The notes under the pieces were generated by a model. That model did not search any database. It saw nothing but the letters and a program-made list of their open reading frames with translations, and was not told where the DNA came from. Source: Squalus acanthias (Eukaryota). Taken from it: a DNA stretch of 64,000 bases. Each line of letters starts with the position of its first letter. Within the stretch, counting starts at the first letter, position 1. The stretch spans positions 53,012,001 to 53,076,000 of the forward strand of contig CM059438.1 of the NCBI GenBank assembly GCA_030390025.1, read 5' to 3'. Position numbers and translations under genes: made by a program. This document shows positions 1 through 9,699 of this stretch, piece by piece.

Positions 1-1632
1 ACTAGTAAGGGACCCGGGAATGGTTTGGTACTGGTCCCCACAGACCAGATACTATTTCAGGGGGTACATTACGCGGTGGCCTCGGTGATTTTAAATCTCA
101 CCGAGGTGCGGTTACCAGAGTGGTGCCCCAAAAAGACGGAACAGTTGTATCAGGTCCTGTTGACCAAGATGTTCAGACAATTTTACGAATTCGATTTCGC
201 GGAAATTGATAAAACAAGTTTGTACACCGCACCACAGGAAGTTTTGGATCAAGTAGGGAGGCAAAGAAGGGGTTTGGTGAACGATGCGTTCACTGCTTTT
301 AACACGGGTACATCTGTGGTCAATGCTCTAGACAGTGTGGAGCTGCAGACCCAGATTAATGGTTTAAAGACACAATTAAAAGACATTCTAACAGATGAGA
401 ATAAGGTGGTTGGGTCGGGTCTACACGAGGACCAAGCCATGACTCTCCATTTAAAGGAAATTATAGCAGAGTTGGAGAAACATGCAAAGACGGTAAATGC
501 CCTGATTAGGGAAGATCGGAATGCATCCGATCAAGCTGCGCAGAACGAGGTGTGCGTGCTTTACGGGGCGTGGTTACTGGGCGAAGGCCGCAGTAATTTG
601 GAGGATTTAAAACAAGGTTTGGTCCCGTCCTGGATAAGTAACAAACACCTGCGGGCGCTCCACCCTTTTCAGAACGCACTGAGCCCGTGCCAGCTCAGGC
701 TAGCTTCAGAAGCATACCCAGTCCCCGTGGACTGCGGACGATCAAACCATACCATTATGGGTATAGTTTTACGCATGCCGGTTTTGGGCGACACAGCAAA
801 GCCCGCCCCGGTGTATCGGGTAGAGAACATTGGTGTCATTCAGGGGGGAGCCCACATTCGTTATGCAGCGGTTCCACCTTACGTCATCCGCTGGGAGCAA
901 ACGATGACAGGTACAGATCTCTCTGGTTGTCGTGGCAGGGGAGCACACATAATACTGTGCCCCCAGCACTTGAATGCCTTTTTAACACCACAGTGCGGGT
1001 TCAGAACGACTGGCGCCAAGTCCATGAATTGTACCATGGAGGCAATGGCACAAGATCATGTGCCTCCGCAGGTAGCATACATCGGGGGTGGAACATATTG
1101 TGTTACCACTGCAGCGCAACACTACCAGCATGGAAACCGTAGCCGGTGTCCGGTGAGTGACAGCAGTTTCTGTTTTAAACCCAGGGCGGAAGTTCAAGTA
1201 GCACAACAGCGAATTATCCCAATCCCTGAACCATCCACTGTTCATCTCACAGTAAAAGAGAATTTCACCGACTTGCAACGATTCGTCGCGCATTTCGGAT
1301 ACCTCATTCCCCCTCTCCCTGAACACCTCACCAAGCTTTTAAAAGCCGTCGCGGTGTCACAGAAACATTTTTACACATTAGAGCAGAAAACTGTCGAAAT
1401 AGGAACAGACATTCTGGATATAGTAGTTCCACCGTGGTGGAATCTGTTCACCAATATTGAAGTGCCTTCATGGATCAGAATAGCCTCCCACATTTTAGTC
1501 GTATGTCAAGTGTTTATTGTAGTGTACCTATTGGTCGTACATTGTAAAAGAGACAAACGCCTCACCAAGCATGAAAACACGGGAGAGTGGCGAGAACGTT
1601 ACGTGCGCGTGCACGATGAAAGCACCGTGTAA
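1..1632 (+). CDS. env: Endogenous retroviral envelope / class I fusion glycoprotein (F-type, spuma/loki-like), 5'-partial
   Basis: Frame is open from base 1 to TAA at 1630-1632. Furin site RQRR (nt 259-270) is followed by a fusion-peptide-like GLVNDAFTAFNTGTSVVNAL, a heptad repeat (LQTQINGLKTQLKDIL...LKEIIAELEKHAKTVNAL), a Cys-rich domain, a second heptad, Trp-rich MPER (PPWWNLF), a TM helix (IASHILVVCQVFIVVYLLVV) and a short basic tail. Sequons NLT, NAS, NHT, NCT, NRS, NFT are present. Confidence 0.88.
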   Translation, partial: TSKGPGNGLVLVPTDQILFQGVHYAVASVILNLTEVRLPEWCPKKTEQLYQVLLTKMFRQFYEFDFAEIDKTSLYTAPQEVLDQVGRQRRGLVNDAFTAFNTGTSVVNALDSVELQTQINGLKTQLKDILTDENKVVGSGLHEDQAMTLHLKEIIAELEKHAKTVNALIREDRNASDQAAQNEVCVLYGAWLLGEGRSNLEDLKQGLVPSWISNKHLRALHPFQNALSPCQLRLASEAYPVPVDCGRSNHTIMGIVLRMPVLGDTAKPAPVYRVENIGVIQGGAHIRYAAVPPYVIRWEQTMTGTDLSGCRGRGAHIILCPQHLNAFLTPQCGFRTTGAKSMNCTMEAMAQDHVPPQVAYIGGGTYCVTTAAQHYQHGNRSRCPVSDSSFCFKPRAEVQVAQQRIIPIPEPSTVHLTVKENFTDLQRFVAHFGYLIPPLPEHLTKLLKAVAVSQKHFYTLEQKTVEIGTDILDIVVPPWWNLFTNIEVPSWIRIASHILVVCQVFIVVYLLVVHCKRDKRLTKHENTGEWRERYVRVHDESTV

Positions 1633-1911
1633 TCGGAAGATGGCGTCATTCCCGCTCGCCACGTGCGCCGCGGAAGTCTGTAATCGATCATGATTTTCAA
1701 AGATTGTAAATACGTTTGGGAACTCGACCTGTGTTAAGAGTTGGTGTTGATTATTTTTGGTGATGGTGTTGTAGTTAAAAATGATTGTTTGGTTTTGGGT
1801 TCTGTTTTTCCTTTCCCTGAATAAAAGATGAATATACAGGTGATACGAGAGGCATCGGCCTGGTTACGCCGGGAAGGAAAACAAGTGGTGTAAGTTTAAG
1901 GGCAAATAAAG

Positions 1912-2704
1912 GCCCACGGTTTGGCGGATTGAAAAGCGGAGGAACACTAGAGTGCTGCAGGATGAAAGAGTCATGGCAACTACCACAGAACTTGGCGCAA
2001 ACGTGCAAAAACTCCTTCTTGTGGTTACAAACCAGCTGTACGTTGAGGGAGTGGAAGCCCTTTCGGTTGACAAAGATAGCAGGGTTGTGATGGGGTGCCC
2101 TAAGGGCCACATGTGTGCAGTCTATGACGCCCTGCACCATTGGCATGCCTGCCATATTTGCAAAGCCAACCGAACGCGCGGTTATACTTGCTTGATCCCT
2201 TGAGAACTGGATGTAATTGTGCGCCTTTGCGAAAAGGGCATTGGTAACCTGCGTGATGCAACTGTGGGTGGCTGACTGGGAGATGCCGCTGATGTCTGCT
2301 GATGATCCCTGGAAGGAGCCTGAGGCAAAGAAGTTGAGTGCGGTGATGACTTTGACAGCCACTGGTAAGGGGTGTCCACCCGTTCCTCTGGGCACCAGGT
2401 CTTGCTGCAGCAGTCCGCAGATCTCTCGGACAACCTCTCGCGAAAGGCTCAGCCTCCTTTGGCACTGCTGCTCACTCATGTTGAGCTAGCTCATCCTCTG
2501 TCTGTAAACCCTGTGTTGGGGTTATCTCCTGCGGCGAGGTGCCTCGATGCGCTGGCGCCTTCTGCCCTGTGCAGCATCAGGTGGCTGAGCAGGAGGTTGG
2601 GGCTCCTGCTGCTGTTGCTGCTGAGCTGCCTGGTTCTGCTGCTGCCGTGGATGCTCCTCATCCGAATCTGAGGTCCATGGTGAAAGGAAATGAATGGTTC
2701 CCAT
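1912..2704 (-). pseudogene. Harbinger (HARBI1-like) DDE transposase, 3'-truncated, two in-frame stops
   Basis: Motifs [35 protein letters not shown] and GSCHDSFIL. The GDKGY motif and final E are missing because homology ends at about 1912. Confidence 0.9.
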
Positions 2705-3009
2705 GCCGCTGGCAGATGCCTCCATTGGGGAAGCACTCATTGCAAGCGGGGAGAGGGTCTTCCAAGGAGGTCCCACAGTTGATAGATACAAGCTGCAGCA
2801 CCTCTGACTTCGGAAGGCCTGCTAAAAGTGCTGATAGACCTTTTAAAGCAAAGTTCTGCCACCTGCAACTAATCCCTGATGAAAGCTCCATTTTAATGTT
2901 GGAGCTGCAGCTGTGAGGAGGCAACCCACTTGTCAACCCGCCAGGTTTAGCTGGCATGGTTTAGGAGGGTCGTGGAACATGCTGAAAATGTCAAAAAATA
3001 ACGAGGGCC

Positions 3010-4655
3010 TGTAGAATTCGCAATATATCGCGATTTTATTAATAAGGAGAAAACACAGAGTCTCGTTCAAACAGCTTTTATTTCAGCAGAATGCTGTCAG
3101 GTTTCTCAAAGTGGACACAAGCAGCCTGTAAAATGGCCGCCGCACCTCGTGACAGAACATTCTAGACTTTTCGACAGGCAGACAAGATGGCGTTCCAATA
3201 AACATTTGTGCAAGATCGATTAAGATTCAGCACAGTGAAGATAATACACGAGACATTATGGGTTTGCAGTATACACATAAATACTGAAATCGGTCTCCCA
3301 GGTACGAATGAAAGCTATTGTACCGAGTAATCAAGGGCCCATCCAAAAGACATTAATATGTAAAATCCCAACGACTCTACGATGAGAGAGCCGTTAGCAG
3401 GTAGTTATACAAAACACTTGGAAGCCCCAAAACCCCTCCAGGGAGAACACCGACCGATTTAACAATGGGAGAAATATTAACAGGTACTCAGACAGTTACG
3501 AGTAGCCCCGAAACCCATTAAGAACGGAGATCACCCATACAAGACATTTGAGCGCCAAACTCAAACAAAAGAAAGGACATTAAGGTTGGGCGGGAAACGG
3601 AAGATTTTGTACTATAATTACAAGCTCCAACCGTCCATCTTTCTCTTATTCTCTTATCCGATCGACTCGTAACCTCGTGGCTGCTCCTGTGTTTTTGACT
3701 CGTAGTCTTGTTCCTGCTTGCCTGGTGCCTTTTTGAAAAAGACTGTTGAACTTTCTGATCCGTTCGGATCTACCTCGTGTCGCGTAACGAAGACCTATGT
3801 TGGTAACTGGCATCGGAACCAAAGGCCCGAGATGAGATGAGATGAGATGAGATGAGATGAGATGAGAAGAGAGGAAGACCATACTCATCGCCACGGTCAG
3901 TAAATCCCGACCGTGCCTGTAGGTCGAACAGCCAAGTTTTCCTTGCCAGGAAGACTTCTTTGAACTTGCAAGAACGGATCGTCAAAGATGATATTGACTG
4001 GGCTGTATTCGGAAAGTACCTGTTAAACCAACCAACACAGATCTTCATCACAGCAGACGGTCCAGCCTGCTAGCCGGAGCAGAAGCAAGTAAACAAGTGG
4101 GACCAGGAGACCTCCTGATCGACACGTGGGTGCTGCGGTGAAAAACATCCGATCAGCTATTCGGAATTTCTCCGAGTTATCACGAGTGGTGAGCATGAGT
4201 CTCGAAATCCTACGAATCTAGCTAGGACAGATATTGATAGGGGAGGGTTTAAGTATTAAGGATACTTGTAATGTGTGCCCCTATTTACGGTGTGTCGTTC
4301 GTTCCTCGTTTCCCTAGGATCAGCTATATAACTGCTTGTAAGATTGTACTGTCATTAATCTGTGCTTATGACATGTATTTCGTAATCTTAAGTATCATGC
4401 AATAAAGATTTTCCATTTCGTACCATTCAACCGAGTCTACATGAGTTTCATCTCCATTACTGCTCTCGCATCTAAGTCCAGTGTCTAGAACCGTAAGGGC
4501 GAGTGATTCGAACCACTCACAGGTGTGTCTAGTGCTCCCAGACTGGCTGGAGACCAGAACAGGCAACAAGGCCTAAACCCGCACTGACATACAGGCTGCA
4601 CAGAGCCGCGTGAATCTCACAGGCTGCGAGACACGCAGGGTCAGAATCCCTTACA
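3010..4655 (+). mobile_element. Solo LTR (1,646 bp) with 4-bp TSD GGCC
   Basis: Begins TGTA(G), ends (T)TACA. GGCC at 3006-3009 and 4656-4659. AATAAA at 4401 and TATA-like motifs near 3613 and 4325. No TGG-type PBS follows it. Removing it restores an inverted repeat in the host element. Confidence 0.85.
3829..3863 (+). repeat. (GAGAT)7 microsatellite inside the LTR
   Basis: Read directly from the sequence. Confidence 0.95.
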
Positions 4656-5527
4656 GGCCTCTCAAAATAGGATTAGAGAGGCCCTTAACGACCATTTAAG
4701 GCTTTTAACAACCTCTCTGGGCTGCTGGAGGTGGGACCGTTTCCCACCCTGCAAAACCGGCACTGGCAAAAATCGCACGGAGGTGGGTTCCGAACCCGCA
4801 CTAATTTTTTGCGATTTTCCCGCCTCCTCGGGGCTGAGAAAATCGCCCCCTATGTTTCACTAGATACCTCTGCTAAGGCACCCAGCAAGCATTCCTGAGG
4901 AAAGTGAAATAGGCAGTGAGAATGCCCCCATTCACCTCATTATAAGGCCTTCAATGGGTCTTCACTTGTTGCAGATTTAAGTCCAGTTTCATATTCTGCC
5001 TCTCAGGTAAGTTGGGGAAATCCTAGGGTAACATAAAAAGCATGCAGACATCTTTTTCCTGACCTTTGCGACTGGGGAGATGGGCATTCCTAAGGGACAA
5101 CGGTCAGGACAATCTCCCCTGATATTTTTGCTCAGTACTGTGGCTTTTTTAATGTTGATTGTACAGTCTGATTGTGCGGAGTGTACTTAATTTCTCTGTA
5201 TGCATCAGTACTGAGCTGATGACATATTTTTCTTTAGCTTCTAGCAGTTTCTGCTTAATGTAGGGGAAATACCCTGTAATTGCCTGAAATGTGTCCTCAA
5301 AATGGAGTTTCAGATTAAAGGTGTCCACAAAACAGAGTCAGTAATTAAACTGAATACTTGAAAAGCCACTTAGACTAAAAGTACTTAAAACCATGAAGGC
5401 TTGGATATATAAGTAAAACATTCCTTAGTAGTGATGGAAGGCCCACTTTGAAGATACATGCCTATAGCTAGCTCCTTAGTGAGATATAAACATCATGCCT
5501 TATCTAGACCTGTGTAAGACCCTTTGT

Positions 5528-8042
5528 TAGAAACATAGAAAAACAGGAACAGGAGTAGGCCATTCGAGTCTGCTCCGCCATTCAATATGATCATGGCTAA
5601 TCCTCTATCTCAATACCATATTCCCGCTCTCTCCCCATACCCCTTGACGCCTTTTGCGTCTAGAAATCTATCTACCTCCACAGCCTTCTGTGATAGAGAA
5701 TTCCATAGGTTCACCATTTTCTGAGTGAAGAAATTCTCCTCATCAGTCCTAAATATCCTACCCCATAGCCTAAGACTGTGACCCCTCATTCTAGAGCCCC
5801 CAGCCAGGGGAAACATCCTTCCTGTATCCAGTCTGTCTAGCCCTGTCAGAATTTTATATGTTTCAATGAGATCCCTCTCATTCTTCTAAACTCTAGTGAA
5901 TACAGGCCTAGTCGACCCAATCTCTCCTCATACGACAGTCCTGCCATCCCAGGAATCAGTCTGGTGAACCTTCGCTGCACTCCCTCCATGGCAAGTATAT
6001 CCTTTCTTAGGTAAAGAGACCAAAACTGCACACAGTACTCCAGGTGTGGTCTCACCAAGGCCCTGTATAACTGTAGTAAGACATCCTTGCTCCTGTATTC
6101 AAAACCTCTTGCAATGAAGGCCAACATACCATTTGCCTTCCTAACTGCTTGCTGCACCTGCATGTTTGCTTTCAATGACTGGTGTACAAGGACACCCAGG
6201 TCCCTTTGTACATCAACATTTCCCAATCCATCACCATTTAAATAATACTTTGCCTTTCTGTTTTTCCTACCGAAGTGGATAACTTCACATTTATCCACGT
6301 TATACTGCATCTGCCATGTATTTGCCCACTTACTCAACTTGTCTAAATCGCCTTGAAGCCTCTTTGTATCCTCCTCACAACCCCACCTAGTTTCGTGTCG
6401 TCAGCAAACTTGGAAATATTACATTTGGTTCCCTCATCCAAATCATTGATATATATTGTGAATAGCTGGGACCCAAGCACTGATCCCTGCGGTACCCCAC
6501 TAGTCACCGCCTGCCACCCCGAAAAAGACCCATTTATTCCTACTCTCTGTTTCCTGCCTGTTAACCAATTTTCAATCCATACCAGTATATTATCCCCAAT
6601 CCCATGTGCTTTAATTTTCCACACTAACCTCTTATGTGGGACTTTATCAAAGGCCTTCTGAAAATCCAAATACACCACATCCACTGGTTCTCCCTTATCT
6701 ATTCTACCAGTTACATCCTCAAAAAACTCCAGTAGGTTTGTCAAACACAGAATCCACAGAATCCCCACAGTGCAGATGGAGGCCATTTCGGCCCATCGAG
6801 CCTGCACCGACACATATCCCACCCTATCCCCGTAACCCCACGTATTTAATCCCCCTAACACTAAGGGTCAATTTATCATAGCCAAATCAACCTAACCCGC
6901 ACATCTTTGGACTGTGGGAGGAAACCGGAGCACCCGGAGGAAACCCACGCAGACACGGGGAGAATGTGCAAACTCCACACAGACAGTCACCCGAGGCCGG
7001 ATTCGAACCCGGGTCCCTGGCGCTATGAGGCAACAGTGCTAACTACTATACCACCGTGTTGCCTTTCATAACACGATTTCCCTTTCATAAATCCATGTTG
7101 ACTTTGTCTAATCCCATTGATATTTTCTAAGTGTCCTGTTAGCACATCCTTTATAATAGACTCTAGCATTTTCCGTTTTCTCTCTCCCTCCTTTTTTAAA
7201 TAGTGGGGTTACATTTGCCACCCTCCAATCTGCAGGAACTGTTCCATAATCTATAGAATTTTGGAAGATGACAACCAATGCATCCACTATTTCCATGGCT
7301 ACCTCTTTTAGTACTCTGGGATGCAGATTATCAGGCCCTGGGGATTTATCGGCTTTCAGTCCCATTAATTTCTCCAGCACTATTTTTTTACTAATACTAA
7401 TTTCCTTTAATTCCTCCTTCTCACTAGACCCTTGGTTCCTTAGCATTTCTGGGAAGTTATTTGTGTCCTCTTCCGTGAAGACAGAACCAAAGTATTTGTT
7501 TAATTGCTCTTCCATTTCCTTGTTCCCCATTATAAATTCTCCCGTTTCTGACAGTAAGGGACCTACATTTGTCTTCACTAATCTTTTTCTTTTTACATAC
7601 TTGTAGAAGCTTTTACAGTCCACTTTTATGTTCCTTGCAAGTTTACTCTCATACTCTATTTTTCCCCTCTTAATCAATCTCTTGGTCCTTTTTTGCTGTA
7701 CTCTAAACTGCTCCCAATCCTCAGGCTTGCTACTTTTTCTGGCAACTTTATATGACTCCTCTTTGGATCTAATACTATCCTTAATTTCTTTTGTTAGCCA
7801 TGGTTGGGTCGCTTTTCCTTTTGTGTTTTTTGCACCAGAAAGGAATGTATAACTGTTGCAATTCATGCATTTGTTCCTTAAATGTTAGCCATTGCCTATC
7901 CACCATCATGCCTTTTAATGAAGCTCCCCAATCTATTATAGCCAACTCCCTCCTCATACCTTCGTAGTTTCCTTTGTTTAGATTTAGGACCGTAGTTTCG
8001 GATTGGACTACTTCACTTTCCGTCTTAATGAAGAATTTTATC
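5528..8042 (-). mobile_element. CR1 LINE, 5'-truncated with internal deletions
   Basis: RT motifs [29 protein letters not shown] and RPHLEYCVQFW. CR1 3' tail with (TTTCTATG)-type repeat at about 5528. Confidence 0.95.
6746..7063 (-). mobile_element. HE1-like V-SINE (tRNA-derived) inserted in CR1
   Basis: Minus strand has a tRNA head with A/B boxes (GGTGGTATAGTAGTTAGC...GGTTCGAATCC), the V-domain GTGGAGTTTGCACATTCTCCCCGTGTCTGCGTGGGTTTCCTCCGGGTGCTCCGGTTTCCTCCCAC, and a CR1-like tail. Confidence 0.9.
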
Positions 8043-8254
8043 AATGGCTCCCTGGACCATGGGGAATCCCACAATCCTGTTGAATCCTGTTAGAGAAAGA
8101 TTAAAGAGCTAGGAAGTAAAAGTACAATGTGGCATGAATAAGTACCCATGCCTCATTAACTTGGAGATCTTTAAGGGCATGTGTCACTCAGATTGGTCAA
8201 TTGAATGGACATGGGATTTTCTTTGAAATTAAGGTATATAAAAGGGTGTTTGGC

Positions 8255-8950
8255 TATATATCATTCCCTATTGACAGAGAAGACCAGAGGCAGAGAGCTC
8301 TAGGATTCAACAGGATTGCGGGATTCCCCATGGTCCAGGGAGCCATTGACTGTACACACGTGGCCATGCAAGCCCCTCATTTAAACTCGGAGGTGTTCAG
8401 CAACAGGAAGTGATTCCATACCCTCAATGAACAGCTTGTCTGCGACCACCGGCAGCTCAGAGCTGCCACAAATCATTTATAATGAGACAGTCATCTGTCC
8501 CACAGATCTTTGAGCCCCAACGCAATGTGCATGGCTGGCTTCTAGGTGACAAGGGATACCCTCTGATGCCATGGCTCATGACTCCCGAGAAACCTCCAAG
8601 CACCAGCTGAGTACTCATAGAATGAGAGACACTCAGCCACTAGGAATATAATTGTGCAGACCATTGGGGTCCTGAAACAGAGGTTTAGATGCCTTGACTG
8701 GTCAGGAGGTGCCCTGCAGTACTCGGCCGAGAAGGTGTCCAGATTCGTGGTGATTTGCTGCATGCTCCACAATTTGGCGATCATGAGAGACCAGCTGTTA
8801 CCACCAGCAACTGTGCCAGAGGGGCAAGCTGAGGAGCCACAAAAGGAGGAGGAGGAAAAGGAGGAAGGAGGAAGATCAGAGGTTTCCTGATAGTTGTCCC
8901 GCAATTGGAGGGATGCTCACCGCTATCTAATTGAAGAGCGCTTTGGAGAG
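8255..8950 (+). pseudogene. Harbinger transposase fragment
   Basis: Motifs [33 protein letters not shown] and CCMLHN, with stops and frameshifts. Confidence 0.9.
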
Positions 8951-9180
8951 ACGTGCTCCACCATCAGACTCCAGAGCATCGCTGCCACATGATGCACCTT
9001 CCACGACGTAGGATCCATCAGGCAGTCCATCATCTGCACTCAATCCTTTCAACCTCTTCCCCATGAAGATCACAATAAAAAAGACCACCGATTCCACCAT
9101 TACCAAAATCACTGTTTATATACATCAAAAACAAACAATGTAAACATGACACAATCAACAGCACTTACAAAGAGTAAACT

Positions 9181-9321
9181 GAGAAGTGACTTCACCTGAC
9201 GAAGAGGCCACGAAAGCTCCGAAAGCTTGTGATTTCAAATAAAACTGTTGGACTATAACCTGGTGTTGTGCGACTTCTCATTTTTGTCCACCCCAGTCCA
9301 ACACCGGCATCTCCGCATCAG
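9181..9321 (+). mobile_element. Short Penelope-like pseudo-LTR insertion with minimal hammerhead ribozyme motif
   Basis: 12-bp TSD AAAGAGTAAACT (9169-9180 and 9322-9333). Core CTGACGA (9196-9202), stem II, GAAA (9221-9224), then the palindromic AAGCTT. Confidence 0.75.
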
Positions 9322-9392
9322 AAAGAGTAAACTATTCACCCTGGTGCTTACACTTAGTGGCTATCTACAAGTGCTCTTGCATAATCTAGTGC

Positions 9393-9674
9393 AAAAATGT
9401 GTGGGTTAGGTTGATTTGGCTATGATAAATTGACCCTTAGTGTTAGGGGGGATTAAATATGTGGGGTTATGGGGATAGGATGGGATATGTTAGGGGGAAT
9501 TAAATACGTGGGGTTACGGGGGTAGGGTGGGATATGTGTACTGTGGGGATTAAAGCAGGGACAGGGTACTGGATTTGGATGATCAGCCATGATCGTATTG
9601 AATGGCGGAGCAGGCTCGACGGGCCGAATGGCCTACTCCTGCTCCTAGATTCTATGTTTCTATGTTTCTATGTT
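9393..9674 (+). mobile_element. Chimeric HE1-SINE 3' segment plus CR1 3' tail
   Basis: TSD TCTAGTGC (9385-9392 and 9675-9682). The 5' part matches the SINE at 6746-7063 and the 3' part matches CR1 tails. Confidence 0.8.
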
Positions 9675-9699
9675 TCTAGTGCTTCTACAAAGTGCAACC

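Larger units (their letters stand above)
1912..4850 (-). mobile_element. PIF/Harbinger DNA transposon (truncated at left; interrupted by LTR 3010-4655)
   Basis: HARBI1-type transposase on the minus strand. A terminal inverted-repeat-like end GGGGGCGATTTTCTCAGCCC reads on the minus strand from 4850. Confidence 0.85.

Noticed and set aside
1775..2479. 234-aa ORF as the host HARBI1 gene
   Set aside because: It is truncated before the remaining catalytic motifs, has upstream in-frame stops, and many paralogous decayed copies lie in the window.
3646..4051. Short minus-strand ORFs in the LTR as accessory genes
   Set aside because: Both are under 100 aa, partly made of the GAGAT microsatellite, and have no recognisable motif.
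6990..7063. tRNA-like sequence
   Set aside because: It is the head of a V-SINE, not a tRNA gene.
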